Source of the DNA: Candidatus Poribacteria bacterium
GTDB lineage: Bacteria; Poribacteria; WGA-4E; WGA-3G
NCBI GenBank assembly: GCA_965242965.1
Contig: OZ251518.1
Location: forward strand, 3,584,001 to 3,648,000
Length of the DNA: 64,000 nt
Reading direction: 5' to 3'
Within the stretch, counting starts at the first letter, position 1; each line of letters opens with the position of its first letter. This document shows, in pieces, positions 27,560 to 37,990 of this stretch. Below the pieces are notes generated by a model. It saw nothing but the letters and a program-made list of their open reading frames with translations, did not search any database and was not told the DNA's origin. The position numbers and the translations under genes were made by a program.

Positions 27560-29632
27560 ATGAAACAATACAGGACGGACCAGATCCGAAACATTGGCAT
27601 CATCGCGCATTCCGGCGCGGGGAAGACATCCCTCGTTGAAGCGATGCTCTTCAACGGGGGAACCATCGAACGCATGGGTGCTGTGGATAACGGAAATTCC
27701 GTTGCGGACTATGCCGCCGACGAAATCGAACGAAAAACGACGCTCAACTGCTCGGTGTGTATCGCCGAATGGGAGGGACATAAACTCAATCTGATTGATA
27801 CCCCCGGCGCAGAGGATTTTTACGGAGACTTGCACAGCGTCCTCCGCATCGTGGATGCCGTTATTGTCGTCGTCGATGCGACTACCGGCGTGGAAGGGGG
27901 AACTGAAAAGGTCTGGGAGGTAGCCGATAAGTATCAACTGCCACGGCTAATCTTTGTCAATAAGAGCGATAAAGAGAACGCCAGTTTTGAGAATGCACTC
28001 GCGAGCATTGAGGAGACTTTGGAGACACGCGCCGTTGCTATCCAATTGCCGATTGGCGAAGAGGCGCAGCTTTCCGGTGTCGTTGACTTCGTGCAGATGG
28101 GCGCGTTTCTGGAACCTGATGGAAGCAAACCCGCAACGAAAACGGACATTCCCGAAGAACTCGCGGCACCGGCGGAAGAAGCACGCGAAGCACTCGTCGA
28201 AGTCGTCGCAGAAACCGATGACGCGCTGATCGAAAAGTTTTTTGAAGAAGGCGGGCTCTCCGACGAAGAAATTCAGGCCGGCTTGAAAACAGGGATTTTC
28301 GAGAACCAATTTGTCCCGGTGCTGTGCGGCTCCGCCTTGAAAAATATCGGCGTGCAACAGGTGATGGATACGCTGATAAACTGCTTCCCATCGCCTGTGG
28401 ATGTCGGCGCAGTTGAAGGCGTTGAGGCATCCGAAACGCGTGAACCCACGGCTGACGCACCGATGTCCGCCTTGGTTTTCAAAACTATCGCGGACCCGTT
28501 TACAGGACAATTGAGTTTCTTCCGCGTTTATTCTGGCACACTGCAAGGCGATACGCAAGTCAGCAATTTGACGCGCGGACAGATAGAACGCCTCGGCAAG
28601 ACGATGTTTATGAACGGGAAGGACACAATCGGCACGGCGCAGGTGCAGACAGGCGATATCGGCGCGCTGACGAAACTCGCTGTCACACAAACCGGCGATA
28701 CGCTTTGCGATAGAGACGCGCCGATTCAGTTGCCGGGCATTGAATTCCCACCCTCTGTCATCTCTTACGCCATCCGGCCAGCGCGCGAAGGTGAAGATGA
28801 GAAGATGATCAGCGCGCTCACGCGGATGTCCGAAGAAGACCCGGTTTTCCGGCTCGAACGCGACGAAGAGACGAAACAACTCCGTATCTCTGGACTCGGC
28901 GAATTGCACATTACCGTCAACCGCGGCCGGATGGCGGAGAAGTTCGGCGTGCAAACCGAACTCTCGCCGCCGAAAGTGCCGTATCGCGAGACGGTGCGCC
29001 GCAGCGTCCGGAGCATCAACGGCAGACATAAACGACAGTCTGGGGGTAGGGGACAATTCGGCGATGTCTGGATTAACCTCGCCCCGGTTCAGCGCGGCGA
29101 AGGCTTTGAATTTGTCAATAACATTGTCGGCGGCTCCATTCCGCGTAACTATATACCCGCGGTGGAGAAGGGCATCCGTGAGAGGATGTCGCGCGGACTT
29201 GTCGCCGGGTATCCAGTCGTAGATCTCCAGATCGACCTTTACGATGGCAAGCACCACCCGGTGGATTCGTCGGATATGGCGTTCCAGATCGCCGGTTCGA
29301 TTGCGTTTGCGGCGGCGGCAGAAGAGGCAGATCCGGCGTTACTTGAACCGATTATGAATGTGCAGATTACGGTGCCGGAGCAGTTCATGGGGAGCATCAT
29401 CGGCGATCTGAACGGTAGGCGTGGGCAGGTGATGGGGGTGGAGCAGATAGGCAAGCGGCAGGTCATCCAAGCGCATGTGCCGCTGGCGGAGATGCTCCGT
29501 TACTCGATCGATCTGAAATCGATGACGAGTGCGCGCGGCAGTTTCACGATGGAATTCTCGCACTATGAAATCGCGCCGGATGATGTTGCACAGAAAGTGA
29601 TTGCTGCTTCAAAGGCTGAGGCGGAGGAATAG
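27560..29632 (+). CDS. fusA: elongation factor G paralogue (EF-G2 type)
   Basis: RNIGIIAHSGAGKT, DTPG, NKSD, GLGELH, QSGGRGQF, VDSSDMAF, LLEPIM; not in an rpsL-rpsG-tuf operon. Confidence 0.92.
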   Translation: MKQYRTDQIRNIGIIAHSGAGKTSLVEAMLFNGGTIERMGAVDNGNSVADYAADEIERKTTLNCSVCIAEWEGHKLNLIDTPGAEDFYGDLHSVLRIVDAVIVVVDATTGVEGGTEKVWEVADKYQLPRLIFVNKSDKENASFENALASIEETLETRAVAIQLPIGEEAQLSGVVDFVQMGAFLEPDGSKPATKTDIPEELAAPAEEAREALVEVVAETDDALIEKFFEEGGLSDEEIQAGLKTGIFENQFVPVLCGSALKNIGVQQVMDTLINCFPSPVDVGAVEGVEASETREPTADAPMSALVFKTIADPFTGQLSFFRVYSGTLQGDTQVSNLTRGQIERLGKTMFMNGKDTIGTAQVQTGDIGALTKLAVTQTGDTLCDRDAPIQLPGIEFPPSVISYAIRPAREGEDEKMISALTRMSEEDPVFRLERDEETKQLRISGLGELHITVNRGRMAEKFGVQTELSPPKVPYRETVRRSVRSINGRHKRQSGGRGQFGDVWINLAPVQRGEGFEFVNNIVGGSIPRNYIPAVEKGIRERMSRGLVAGYPVVDLQIDLYDGKHHPVDSSDMAFQIAGSIAFAAAAEEADPALLEPIMNVQITVPEQFMGSIIGDLNGRRGQVMGVEQIGKRQVIQAHVPLAEMLRYSIDLKSMTSARGSFTMEFSHYEIAPDDVAQKVIAASKAEAEE

Positions 29633-29639
29633 GTGATTT

Positions 29640-30675
29640 CGTGGAACGTCGCGCGGGTGCTTGTAATTTGCCGATGTTACCGTAGCGCGGGTGCTTGTAA
29701 TTTGCCGGTGTCACCGTAGCGCGGGGGCCTGTCCCCCGCACTTGCGCCCGGAAACGCTGCATGGAACGTAGCGCGGGGGCCTGTCCCCCGCGATCTCGGA
29801 TGTCTGAAGCAGGATTTTCAAGATTTCCAAGATTTTCAGGATTAGTCAGAGATGCATCCTGTCCTCCGTGCTTGCGATCGGAAACGCTGCCTGGAACGTC
29901 GCGCGGGGGGGCCGTCCCCCGCGATCGCTCAGTCACATCAATGTCTGAAACGCAAGCCGCCGCTGTCACCGTAGCGCGGGGGCCTGTCCCCCGCGATCGT
30001 TGTCACATCGAAAACCGTCCGCGGCCCCGGGGCTCCGGACGGTTTCTGTCCTGTCCGATGCATGGCGAGGGACAGGCCCTCGCCCTACGATGAAGGGGAG
30101 GTTCTCCACTGTCTTCAACGCAAGCCGCCGGTGTCCCCGTAGCGCGGGGGCCTGTCCCCCGCGATCGTTGTCACATCGAAAACCGTCCGCGGCCCCGGGG
30201 CTCCGGACGGTTTCTGTCATGTCCGAAGCATGGCGAGGGACAGGCCCTCGCCCTACGATGAAGGGGAGGTTCTCCACTGTCTTCAACGCAAGCCGCCGGT
30301 GTCCCCGTAGCGCGGGGGCCTGTCCCCCGCGATCGTTGTCACATCGAAAACCGTCCGCGGCCCCGGGGCTCCGGACGGTTTCTGTCCTGTCCGATGCATG
30401 GCGAGGGACAGGCCCTCGCCCTACGATGAAGGGGAGGTTCTCCACTGTCTTCAACGCAAGCCGCCGGTGTCCCCGTAGCGCGGGGGCCTGTCCCCGCGAT
30501 CGTTGTCACATCGAAAACCGTCCGCGCCCCCGATGTCGCGGGCGTTTTCTGTCCTGTCCGATGCATGGCGAGGGACAGGCCCTCGCCCTACGTTGAAGGA
30601 GAGACAGCACCCTCTGTAGTTTGTGCTCGCCTGATCACAAACGGCAGGCCCTCGCCCTACGTTGAAGAGGAGACA
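29640..30675. repeat. large REP/BIME-like array with a 168-bp tandem unit (about 3.7 copies, 29970-30595)
   Basis: Units start at 29970, 30138, 30306 and 30474; each holds two inverted GTAG palindromes. A TGTCTGAAGCAGGATTTTCAAGATT-type 9-bp periodic repeat lies at 29800-29845. Confidence 0.92.
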
Positions 30676-30690
30676 GGGCAGCGCGCAATG

Positions 30691-31020
30691 CTAACTTGCC
30701 GAAACTGCCCTTTCTAAAACCTCTTGAACGTAGGTATTCAGGTCTAACTGATGCCGATGCGCTTGCCAAGCAAGCCGACAGTGTAACGCAGGATTCATTT
30801 GAACCTCAATTTTACCTGAGAATGGCTTTTCCGGCACTTTCCCTTGCTCCTTGCAGAAGTCAAGGTAAACCTCAATAGACTTCTGCATCTCCTCGCGAAG
30901 TTCGGCTGTAGAAGCACCATAGAACGTGACTACGTCATTGATGTTAATCACTGTTCCGTGAAAGAGGTCGATTTCCGAATCGAAATCGACGGTGCCTATA
31001 TACCCTTTGTATTCGATCAT
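30691..31020 (-). CDS. hicB: HicB-family antitoxin
   Basis: MIEYKGYIG...FHGTV...DVVTFYG...YLDFC...PEKPFSGK. Confidence 0.9.
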   Translation of the reverse strand: MIEYKGYIGTVDFDSEIDLFHGTVININDVVTFYGASTAELREEMQKSIEVYLDFCKEQGKVPEKPFSGKIEVQMNPALHCRLAWQAHRHQLDLNTYVQEVLERAVSAS

Positions 31021-31064
31021 GGGGTAATTCCTATATTTTCCAAAAATCTCCGTAGATCTCTGAC
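31017..31064 (-). pseudogene. hicA: 3' remnant of hicA toxin gene
   Basis: Reads VRDLRRFLENIGITP-stop, with TGA overlapping the hicB ATG; resembles HicA C-termini. The upstream part is replaced by a REP cluster. Confidence 0.65.
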
Positions 31065-31312
31065 TCACCCCTGTAGGTCAAGATCGCCTGATCTTGACCC
31101 GTTCGGGATCGGGCGATCCCGAACTACAGAGGGCCCCCAATGCCTGCCGGTATTCGCCCTCCCTTCAAGTCCGGATAAATACCGAAACGGAGCTATGAAA
31201 CACCCTCATATTAGATAAAATCGAGACCGGGAGGTCTCTCCTACCGGGGAACTATCGCGACTTCACCTTTGTAGTTCGGGAGCACCTGCTCCCGAACAGA
31301 GGGCTCTCCTAC
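31065..31312. repeat. REP cluster with MITE-like terminus
   Basis: GTAGGTCAAGATC...CCCGAACTAC pair and GGATAAATACCGAAACGGAGCTATGAAACACCCTC. Confidence 0.85.
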
Positions 31313-31362
31313 AAGGAAAAAAGAAAATGGGCGGATGTGAATGACATCCGCCCTGAGATTCC

Positions 31363-32781
31363 CTACCCATCCAGATGGAAAATCGCCATCTTCACCTCGG
31401 TCATCTCCTCAATAGCGTATTTGGGACCCTCTTTGCCCATGCCGCTCTCTTTGATACCGCCATACGGCATCAGATCAGCGCGCCACTGCGTGCCCCAGTT
31501 TACCATCAGGTTGCCAGACTCTACCTCGCGGACGAACCGCATCGCCCAATCGACGTTCTGCGTGAAAATCGCCGCGCTCAACCCGTAATGCGTATCGTTC
31601 GCAAGGGCGATTGCCTCGTCAATGTCGTTGACGCGCGTCACGCCGACGGCAGGCCCGAAGACTTCGTCACAGGAGATTTTCATCTCCGGTTTGACGTTGG
31701 CGAGGATGGCAGGGGTGACGAACTGGTCCTGCTTCTCGCCGCCAGTGAGGAGTTCGGCACCGTCGGAAACTGCTTCCTGAATCCATTCGGCGACGCGCGT
31801 CGCATCGGTTTCGCGAATCATCGGCCCCATGCGAGTGCCTGCCTCTAACGGGTTTCCGATGCCGATTTGCGCGACTTCGGCTTGGAACGCGTCCAAAAAA
31901 TCGCCGTAGATTTTCTCGTGTGCGATGACGCGCTGCGTTGAGATACACACCTGTCCGGCGTTAGAATAGCCGGAGGCGGCTGCTGCACGCGCGACCTTCC
32001 CCGGGTCTGCATCAGGCATCACGATGAGCGGTGAATTGGACCCGAGTTCCATCGTGACGCGCTTCAGGCCGGCGGTGTGACAGATACGTTCGCCGATGTC
32101 GCGGCTGCCGGTGAAGGTTATCTTCCGGACGCGCCTATCTGCACAGAGTGTATCGCCGATTTCGCTGCCGGGGCCTGTTAAACACTGAATCGCTTCAGGC
32201 GGTGTGCCTGCCTCTAAAAAGAGTTCTACCAATTTCAATGCCGAGAGCGGCGTATCGGTGGCAGGTTTGATAATAATCGCGTTTCCGCCTGCGATAGCCG
32301 GTCCCGCCTTATGACAGACGAGGTGCAGCGGGAAGTTAAACGGGCTAATCCCGACGACGATGCCGCACGGCACTCGCACGGTGAAGCCGAGTCTGCCTTT
32401 CACCCCGGGCGCGCCTTCCAGCGGAATCGTTTCGCCGGTGAGCCGTTTCGCTTCTTCGGCGGAGAGCGCGATAATCTCGGATGCGCGCGTCGCCTCGACT
32501 GTCGCTTCTGCCAAAATCTTGCCTTCTTCGCGGGTGATGACTTCGGCGAGTTCAGCGGAACGTTCCACCATCAAATCGGCGACTTTGCGCAGGATTTCAT
32601 ACCGTTCATAGCCGGTTAAACCTGCCATGATTTTCGCGCCGAGCTCGGCGGTTTGAAGTGCTTTCTCCACATCGCCTGCATCGCCGCGCGGAACGGTATC
32701 AACAACCGCGCCGTCAAAGGGGCTCAGGACATCAATTTTGCTGGATTTGTCAATCCATTCTCCACCTACGTGCATTCGCAT
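31363..32781 (-). CDS. aldehyde dehydrogenase family protein
   Basis: PFNFP, KPA, FTGS, MELG, GQVCIS, EVFGP, GGIKESG. Confidence 0.93.
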   Translation of the reverse strand: MRMHVGGEWIDKSSKIDVLSPFDGAVVDTVPRGDAGDVEKALQTAELGAKIMAGLTGYERYEILRKVADLMVERSAELAEVITREEGKILAEATVEATRASEIIALSAEEAKRLTGETIPLEGAPGVKGRLGFTVRVPCGIVVGISPFNFPLHLVCHKAGPAIAGGNAIIIKPATDTPLSALKLVELFLEAGTPPEAIQCLTGPGSEIGDTLCADRRVRKITFTGSRDIGERICHTAGLKRVTMELGSNSPLIVMPDADPGKVARAAAASGYSNAGQVCISTQRVIAHEKIYGDFLDAFQAEVAQIGIGNPLEAGTRMGPMIRETDATRVAEWIQEAVSDGAELLTGGEKQDQFVTPAILANVKPEMKISCDEVFGPAVGVTRVNDIDEAIALANDTHYGLSAAIFTQNVDWAMRFVREVESGNLMVNWGTQWRADLMPYGGIKESGMGKEGPKYAIEEMTEVKMAIFHLDG

Positions 32782-32878
32782 AATGCGTTTTCCTCCGGTT
32801 TTGGTGCGGACGGACACGTTCCCGGTAGGCGCGGTTTGGAACCGCGCCTTGCGAGATGCCGTGTTCGTCCGGTTCATT

Positions 32879-33646
32879 TTAATTTCTTGTTTTCAACGTT
32901 GCCCACGTTGTCGCCGCTTTTCCGTTGGCTGTAACAGCGGCGTAGCCTGCTAACCCGTTGTCCATGACATCGTTCACATCAGCCTCGGAGAGTGCCTCTG
33001 TGAAGAAGCCGACTTCGTCAAAGATGCCGGTGGCGGCGACATCGCCGGGGCGCGCGCCGAGCCAAATGGGGCTCTCACTCGTATCCAGCGTGCCACCGCT
33101 CGGTGCCTCACCGTCCAGTTCGCCGTCGATGAACATCTGCACATTCTTGCCATCGTAGACTTTGGCGATGTGATGCCACTCGCCATCGGCAACCGTTTTC
33201 TGGCCATCAATCCTACCGACTTTGCCTTTGACGTGCCACATAAAAACGGGATAGTCGGCATCGTGAATCCAGATATCGAGATGCCGCACGTTTTCGGGTT
33301 CCGGCCAAGCATCGCCGTTTCGCCAGACGATATACTGCCATGAGGCTGATTCTAGTTTCGTCCATGCGACGAAAGTGTAGGGGTCGGCGTTGAAAACGTC
33401 GTCGTGCTCGATGCGAACGTAACTATCGCCTTCTCCCGGAAATTCGAGCGCGCCGCCGAACTTACCGTCGCGCGCCCATTTCAGGCCCCCTTTGATTTCG
33501 CCATCGTTGCCGCTGACGATGTCACGGACAACCTTGCCGCCATTTTCTTCAAACAGCCATGCGCTAACTAAGCCGAGTTCCGCGGCATCAATCGGAATGC
33601 ATGCCCAGATGAAGAGAAGCGTTAAAATGGAGAGTCTTGTTTTCAT
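32879..33646 (-). CDS. secreted LamG-domain protein with C-terminal TW tail
   Basis: WLFEE, DGEWHHIA, FIDGE, GIFDEV, tail AVTANGKAATTWATLK. Confidence 0.88.
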   Translation of the reverse strand: MKTRLSILTLLFIWACIPIDAAELGLVSAWLFEENGGKVVRDIVSGNDGEIKGGLKWARDGKFGGALEFPGEGDSYVRIEHDDVFNADPYTFVAWTKLESASWQYIVWRNGDAWPEPENVRHLDIWIHDADYPVFMWHVKGKVGRIDGQKTVADGEWHHIAKVYDGKNVQMFIDGELDGEAPSGGTLDTSESPIWLGARPGDVAATGIFDEVGFFTEALSEADVNDVMDNGLAGYAAVTANGKAATTWATLKTRN

Positions 33647-33659
33647 CGGTTTCTCCTTA

Positions 33660-34142
33660 TTATTCGTCTCGGCGGATCCAACTGACTACGTCTTCTCCCT
33701 CGCCAGAACCGCCTTCGAGCCCGTCGCTGCCGAAGGAAACCAGATCATAGCCGTAAGCATCATGCACACCGGGACGGATGTAGACGTAGGGTTTCCCCCA
33801 CGGGTCTGCCGTAATCGGGATGTCAATGTAGGGCCCGGTCCAGTTGACAGGGAGTGGTGCTTCTTCCGGTGTCTCCCAGAGTGCCTTAAGCCCTTGTTCA
33901 GTTGAGGGATAATCGCCGTTATCTTTCGCGTATCGATCGAGTGCGATGCCGAGGATTTCGATTTCTTCGGCGGCTTGTGCTTGGAGGGCGCGTCCCGCTT
34001 GCCCGAGCAATCGAGGTGCCAACAGCACCGCCGCAATAATGCCGATGACGGCAACGACAACGATGATTTGGATAGATGTTAACCCTGCTTGACTTCGCAA
34101 CCTAGGCTTGCAAGTTGCGCCTTTAAAATTGATTTTTTTCAC
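33660..34142 (-). CDS. gspG: type II secretion major pseudopilin GspG-like
   Basis: Prepilin-like QAGLTSIQII, YPSTEQGLKAL, WTGPY, DPWGKPYVY..PG, SFGSDGLEGG. Confidence 0.85.
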   Translation of the reverse strand: MKKINFKGATCKPRLRSQAGLTSIQIIVVVAVIGIIAAVLLAPRLLGQAGRALQAQAAEEIEILGIALDRYAKDNGDYPSTEQGLKALWETPEEAPLPVNWTGPYIDIPITADPWGKPYVYIRPGVHDAYGYDLVSFGSDGLEGGSGEGEDVVSWIRRDE

Positions 34143-34279
34143 GTCTGTGCCTCCGTTAATCTTTCTTGTCCCAAATCGTCTTGCTTCTGTAGAGGTGAAT
34201 TGGGGACAAGATCTGGCAGTTTCAAAAAATTATATCATATCTCTTGAATTGTATCAACGCAAAAATTTGAATACGTTGA

Positions 34280-34708
34280 AGGGGTGGCGTTTTTTTTCGT
34301 AGCGCGGGGGCCTGTCCCCCGCGATCGTTGCATGGCGAGGGACAGGCCCTCGCCCTACGTAAAGGGCGGCGTTTTTTTTCACCGTAGCGCGGGGGCCTGT
34401 CCCCCGCGATCTCTGTCTGGCGAGGGACAGGAAGGGGCCTGTTTTTTTCGTAGCGCGGGGGCCTGTCCCCCGCGATCGTTGCATGGCGAGGGACAGGCTG
34501 TTATCAAACTCGCGAATAACGAAAAACCTTTCCCGCGATCGCGGCATGGCGAGGGAAACCCTCTCGCATGCGCGTGTGGTATGCGAGGGCCCAAGCCCTA
34601 CGGTGAGGGGGCGTTTTTTTCCGTAGCGCGGGGGCCTGTCCCCCGCGATCGCTGCGGGGCGGCGTTTTTTTTTCACCGCGACGTTGAGCGATTTATGAAA
34701 CACCCTCA
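34280..34708. repeat. REP cluster ending in MITE-like terminus
   Basis: Alternating GTAGCGCGGGGGCCTGTCCCCCGCG and GGCGAGGGACAGGCCCTCGCCCTAC; ends ATTTATGAAACACCCTC. Confidence 0.9.
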
Positions 34709-34716
34709 TTTATTTC

Positions 34717-34745
34717 TTGACACAATTTGCCAGCGCAACTATAAT
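34717..34745 (+). promoter_or_regulatory. sigma70-type promoter
   Basis: TTGACA (34717-34722), 17 nt, TATAAT (34740-34745). Confidence 0.8.
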
Positions 34746-34783
34746 AGATGGCATAATGTCAGAGAATTTATGGAGGGACCACG

Positions 34784-35995
34784 ATGGCGAAAACGGTGTG
34801 CATTGTCGGGACAATGGATACAAAAGGACTTGAATTTGCGTTTATCAAGGCGCAAATCGAAGCAAGCGGCGTGTCAACGTGCATTGTCAATACCGGGATT
34901 ATCGGCGAACCGCAGTTAGCACCGGATGTCTCTGCAGACGAAGTCGCGCGGCGAGCAGGTTCATCGCTGCAGGCACTACGCGACGAGGGAGACAGGGGGA
35001 ATAGCGTCGCTGTGATGGCACAGGGTGCATCGGCAATCGTTGCTGAAAAACAGGCGGCGGGCGAAATTGATGGCATCATCTCACTCGGCGGCTCCGCCGG
35101 AACGACTATCGGGACAACGGCGATGCAGGCGGTGCCGGTGGGCGTTCCGAAAATCATGGTATCAACGCTGGCATCCGGCGACACGAGCCCTTACGTGCAA
35201 TCCAAAGATATTTGTATGATGTATTCGGTAGTGGACATCGCCGGCATCAACCGTTTGTCACGGCAGATTCTGGCGAACGCCGCCGGGGCAATCGTCGGGA
35301 TGGTGAACGCCGAAGCTCCCGCCGCGATGGAGGCTGATAAACCGCTCATCGCCGCGACAATGTTCGGTGTGACAACGCCGTGCGTTACGAAAGCGCGCGA
35401 GATTCTCGAAGCCGCCGGCTATGAAGTCCTCGTTTTTCATGCAACAGGCACTGGCGGACAGGCGATGGAAGACCTGGTGAGGGGAGGCTTCCTCGCGGGC
35501 GTGCTAGACGTGACGACGACAGAACTCGCCGATGAACTCGTCGGCGGCATCCTCAGCGCAGGAGCGGATAGACTGGAAGCCGCGGGAGAAGCAGGATTAC
35601 CGCAAGTCATCGCCCCCGGCGCACTGGATATGGTGAATTTTGGGCCACCGGATACCGTGCCAGAGAAATTCCGCAACCGGCTGTTCTATCAGCACAACCC
35701 AACGGTGACGTTGATGCGGACGACCGCGGAAGAGATGGCTGAATTAGGGAGAATCATGGCGCGCAAACTGAGCGAAGCGCGGGGAACCACGACGGTTATC
35801 ATTCCGACGCAAGGCGTATCCGCTATTGACAAAACGGGGCAACCTTTCGATTCTCCCGAAGCGCGCGCGGCGTGGTGTGAAAACTTGAAGGCGAACATCG
35901 GTGGGAACGTCACCGTTATTGAAATGGACGCGCACATCAACGATGATGAATTCGCAACGAAATTGGCAGAAACGTTGTTGGAAACTTTGCGATAG
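34784..35995 (+). CDS. Tm-1-like ATP-binding domain protein (UPF0261)
   Basis: GTMDTKGLE, GGSAGT, MFGVTTPCV, FHATGTGG, DMVNFG, HINDDEFA. Confidence 0.9.
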   Translation: MAKTVCIVGTMDTKGLEFAFIKAQIEASGVSTCIVNTGIIGEPQLAPDVSADEVARRAGSSLQALRDEGDRGNSVAVMAQGASAIVAEKQAAGEIDGIISLGGSAGTTIGTTAMQAVPVGVPKIMVSTLASGDTSPYVQSKDICMMYSVVDIAGINRLSRQILANAAGAIVGMVNAEAPAAMEADKPLIAATMFGVTTPCVTKAREILEAAGYEVLVFHATGTGGQAMEDLVRGGFLAGVLDVTTTELADELVGGILSAGADRLEAAGEAGLPQVIAPGALDMVNFGPPDTVPEKFRNRLFYQHNPTVTLMRTTAEEMAELGRIMARKLSEARGTTTVIIPTQGVSAIDKTGQPFDSPEARAAWCENLKANIGGNVTVIEMDAHINDDEFATKLAETLLETLR

Positions 35996-36036
35996 CGGGC
36001 GGCGATTGAGATAGGTGCAAAATCGGGAGGAAAACG

Positions 36037-36933
36037 GTGGAAAAAGTATTGACAGAAGCGGAGATTAACCATTTCATTGAGAAAGGACATATTATCCTGC
36101 GAGACTGCTTCCCGCGGGAATTGGCATCGGAATGGCGGGCGTTTGCCTATAAACGGCTCGGTTATTCACCGGACAGTTCTTTGCAAGACGCGCTGGCGAG
36201 TGGGCTGCTCCAACCGCGCATGCATCTGCCTTCCATGAATCGGGTGCCGATTAGGGAGGTTGCACCGCGGGCGTGGGGAGCTATTTGTGAATTGCTCGGC
36301 GGTGAAGAGCGTATCGGCACTTCGGAACCGTCGTGGGGTGATGGGTTTATCATCAACTTCGCGCTCGGCGCGGATTCGCCGTGGCAGCCGCCTTCGTCAG
36401 AAGTCGGCGGCTGGCATAAGGACGGCGATTTCTTCCGCCATTTTCTGGATAGCCCGGAACAGGGGCTCCTGACGATTATCGCCTGGTCAGATATTTATCC
36501 GAAGAGTGGTGGAACATTCGTGGCGTGCGATTCTGTCCAGCATGTCGCGCGGCGGCTCTATGAGCATCCGGAGGGATTGCTGCCAAGCGGTTTTGGCGGT
36601 TTAATTGATAAGTGCGAGGATTTCGTGGAAATTACGGGGAGAGCGGGGGATGTTGTCCTCTTGCATCCGTTTATCTTGCACGCTGCGTCGCAGAATCCAT
36701 CGGGACGCGCGCGCTTCATTACGAATCCGCCGGTGCATCTCAAAGAACCGATGAATTTCAACCGCGAGAATCCGGAAAATTTTTCGCCGGTGGAATTAGG
36801 TGTGTTGCACGGGCTGCGGAAGAAGCGTTTAGATTTCAGACCGGCGGCACCGCGCGAACGTTTGGTGCCTGAACGCCTCAAACGTCAGCAAAAAATGTTG
36901 GAAGAACAGAGGAAGCGGTTGGAGATGGGGTAA
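36037..36933 (+). CDS. phytanoyl-CoA dioxygenase (PhyH)-like Fe(II)/2OG protein
   Basis: WHKDG (HxD), GGT, AGDVVLLHPFILHAAS..R. Confidence 0.8.
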   Translation: MEKVLTEAEINHFIEKGHIILRDCFPRELASEWRAFAYKRLGYSPDSSLQDALASGLLQPRMHLPSMNRVPIREVAPRAWGAICELLGGEERIGTSEPSWGDGFIINFALGADSPWQPPSSEVGGWHKDGDFFRHFLDSPEQGLLTIIAWSDIYPKSGGTFVACDSVQHVARRLYEHPEGLLPSGFGGLIDKCEDFVEITGRAGDVVLLHPFILHAASQNPSGRARFITNPPVHLKEPMNFNRENPENFSPVELGVLHGLRKKRLDFRPAAPRERLVPERLKRQQKMLEEQRKRLEMG

Positions 36934-36954
36934 GTTTTGTTTTAGTTTGTTGGG

Positions 36955-37990
36955 AGATCGCGAGGGACAGGCCCTCGCGCTACGGTAAAAAACGCCATCC
37001 CTCACCGTAGGGCGAGGGCCTGTCCCTCGCCATGCATCGGATTACTAAACGATCGCGGGGGACAGGCCCCCGCGCTACGGTAACGGGACGGTTTTTTGGC
37101 AGCAGCACGGCCCCTTCACCGTAGGGCGAGGGCCTGTCCCTCGCCATGCTGCGCTCGCGGGGGACAGGCCCCCGCGCTACGGTAAAAAAACGCCGCCGCG
37201 GTTCGTAGGGCGAGGCTGCTTACGGTATTGCATCGAGACCGGGAGGTCTCTCCTACTGGCAGCGATCGCGGGGGACAGGCCCCTGCGCTACGGTAAAAAA
37301 CGGGCCCCTTCACCGTAGGGCGAGGGCCTGTCCCTCGCCATGCTGCGATCGCGAGGGGAACCCTCTCGGATGCGCGTGTGGCATCCGAGGGCCCCGCGCT
37401 ACGGGAAAAAACGATTTTTAGGTCCGTAGGACCTTAATGTCTATAGCACGTCAGGCTGCGAAGAACGCTAAGGTCCTTTAGGTCCTTAATAGTTTTTGCC
37501 ATGTCCGCGCGTTTTTTTTATTAAGGACCTAAAGGACCTTGAAAACGGCACGTCACGTATTTCTATAGACATTAAGGACCTAAAGGACCTAAAAACATAA
37601 CTTGACAATGGAGCTCTTGCGCCAGGCTCTGTAGGTCAGGATCGCCTGATCCTGACCTGTTTGTGATCAGGCGATCACAAACTACAGAGGTGGGCCCGAG
37701 GCGCGGCCCACCCTTCGCTTTTCTATCGGTATTCGCCCGTTACCCCAAGGGGGGATAAATACCGAAACGGAGTTATGAAACACCCTCACGTAAGGGGGGA
37801 GGCTGCTTGTGGTATTGCATCGAGACCGGGAGGTCTCTCCTACTGGCAGCGATCGCGGGGGACAGGCCCTCGCGCTACGGTTAAAAAAACGCCTCTGCGT
37901 CTCGTAGGGCGTGGGCCTGTCCCTCGCCATGCTGCGGTCTACCGGACGCTCGCGGGGGACAGGCCCCCGCGCTACGGTAACGGGACGGTT
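36955..37990. repeat. 1-kb mixed REP cluster including a nested inverted-repeat element (37416-37594) and a MITE terminus (about 37752-37787)
   Basis: Many GTAG palindromes of at least four families. Confidence 0.92.

Noticed and set aside
27947-29257. 436-aa antisense ORF (also 38132-39250)
   Set aside because: These are shadow frames opposite well-supported genes, with no recognisable motifs.
29544-30596. ORFs of 110-198 aa in repeat clusters (also 34254-34919, 41009-41358, 51185-51778, 56067-56616, 59302-60002)
   Set aside because: They are translations of REP palindromes (MARDRPSPY, RSAGACPPR, VGRGPVPR) with no RBS or domain signal.
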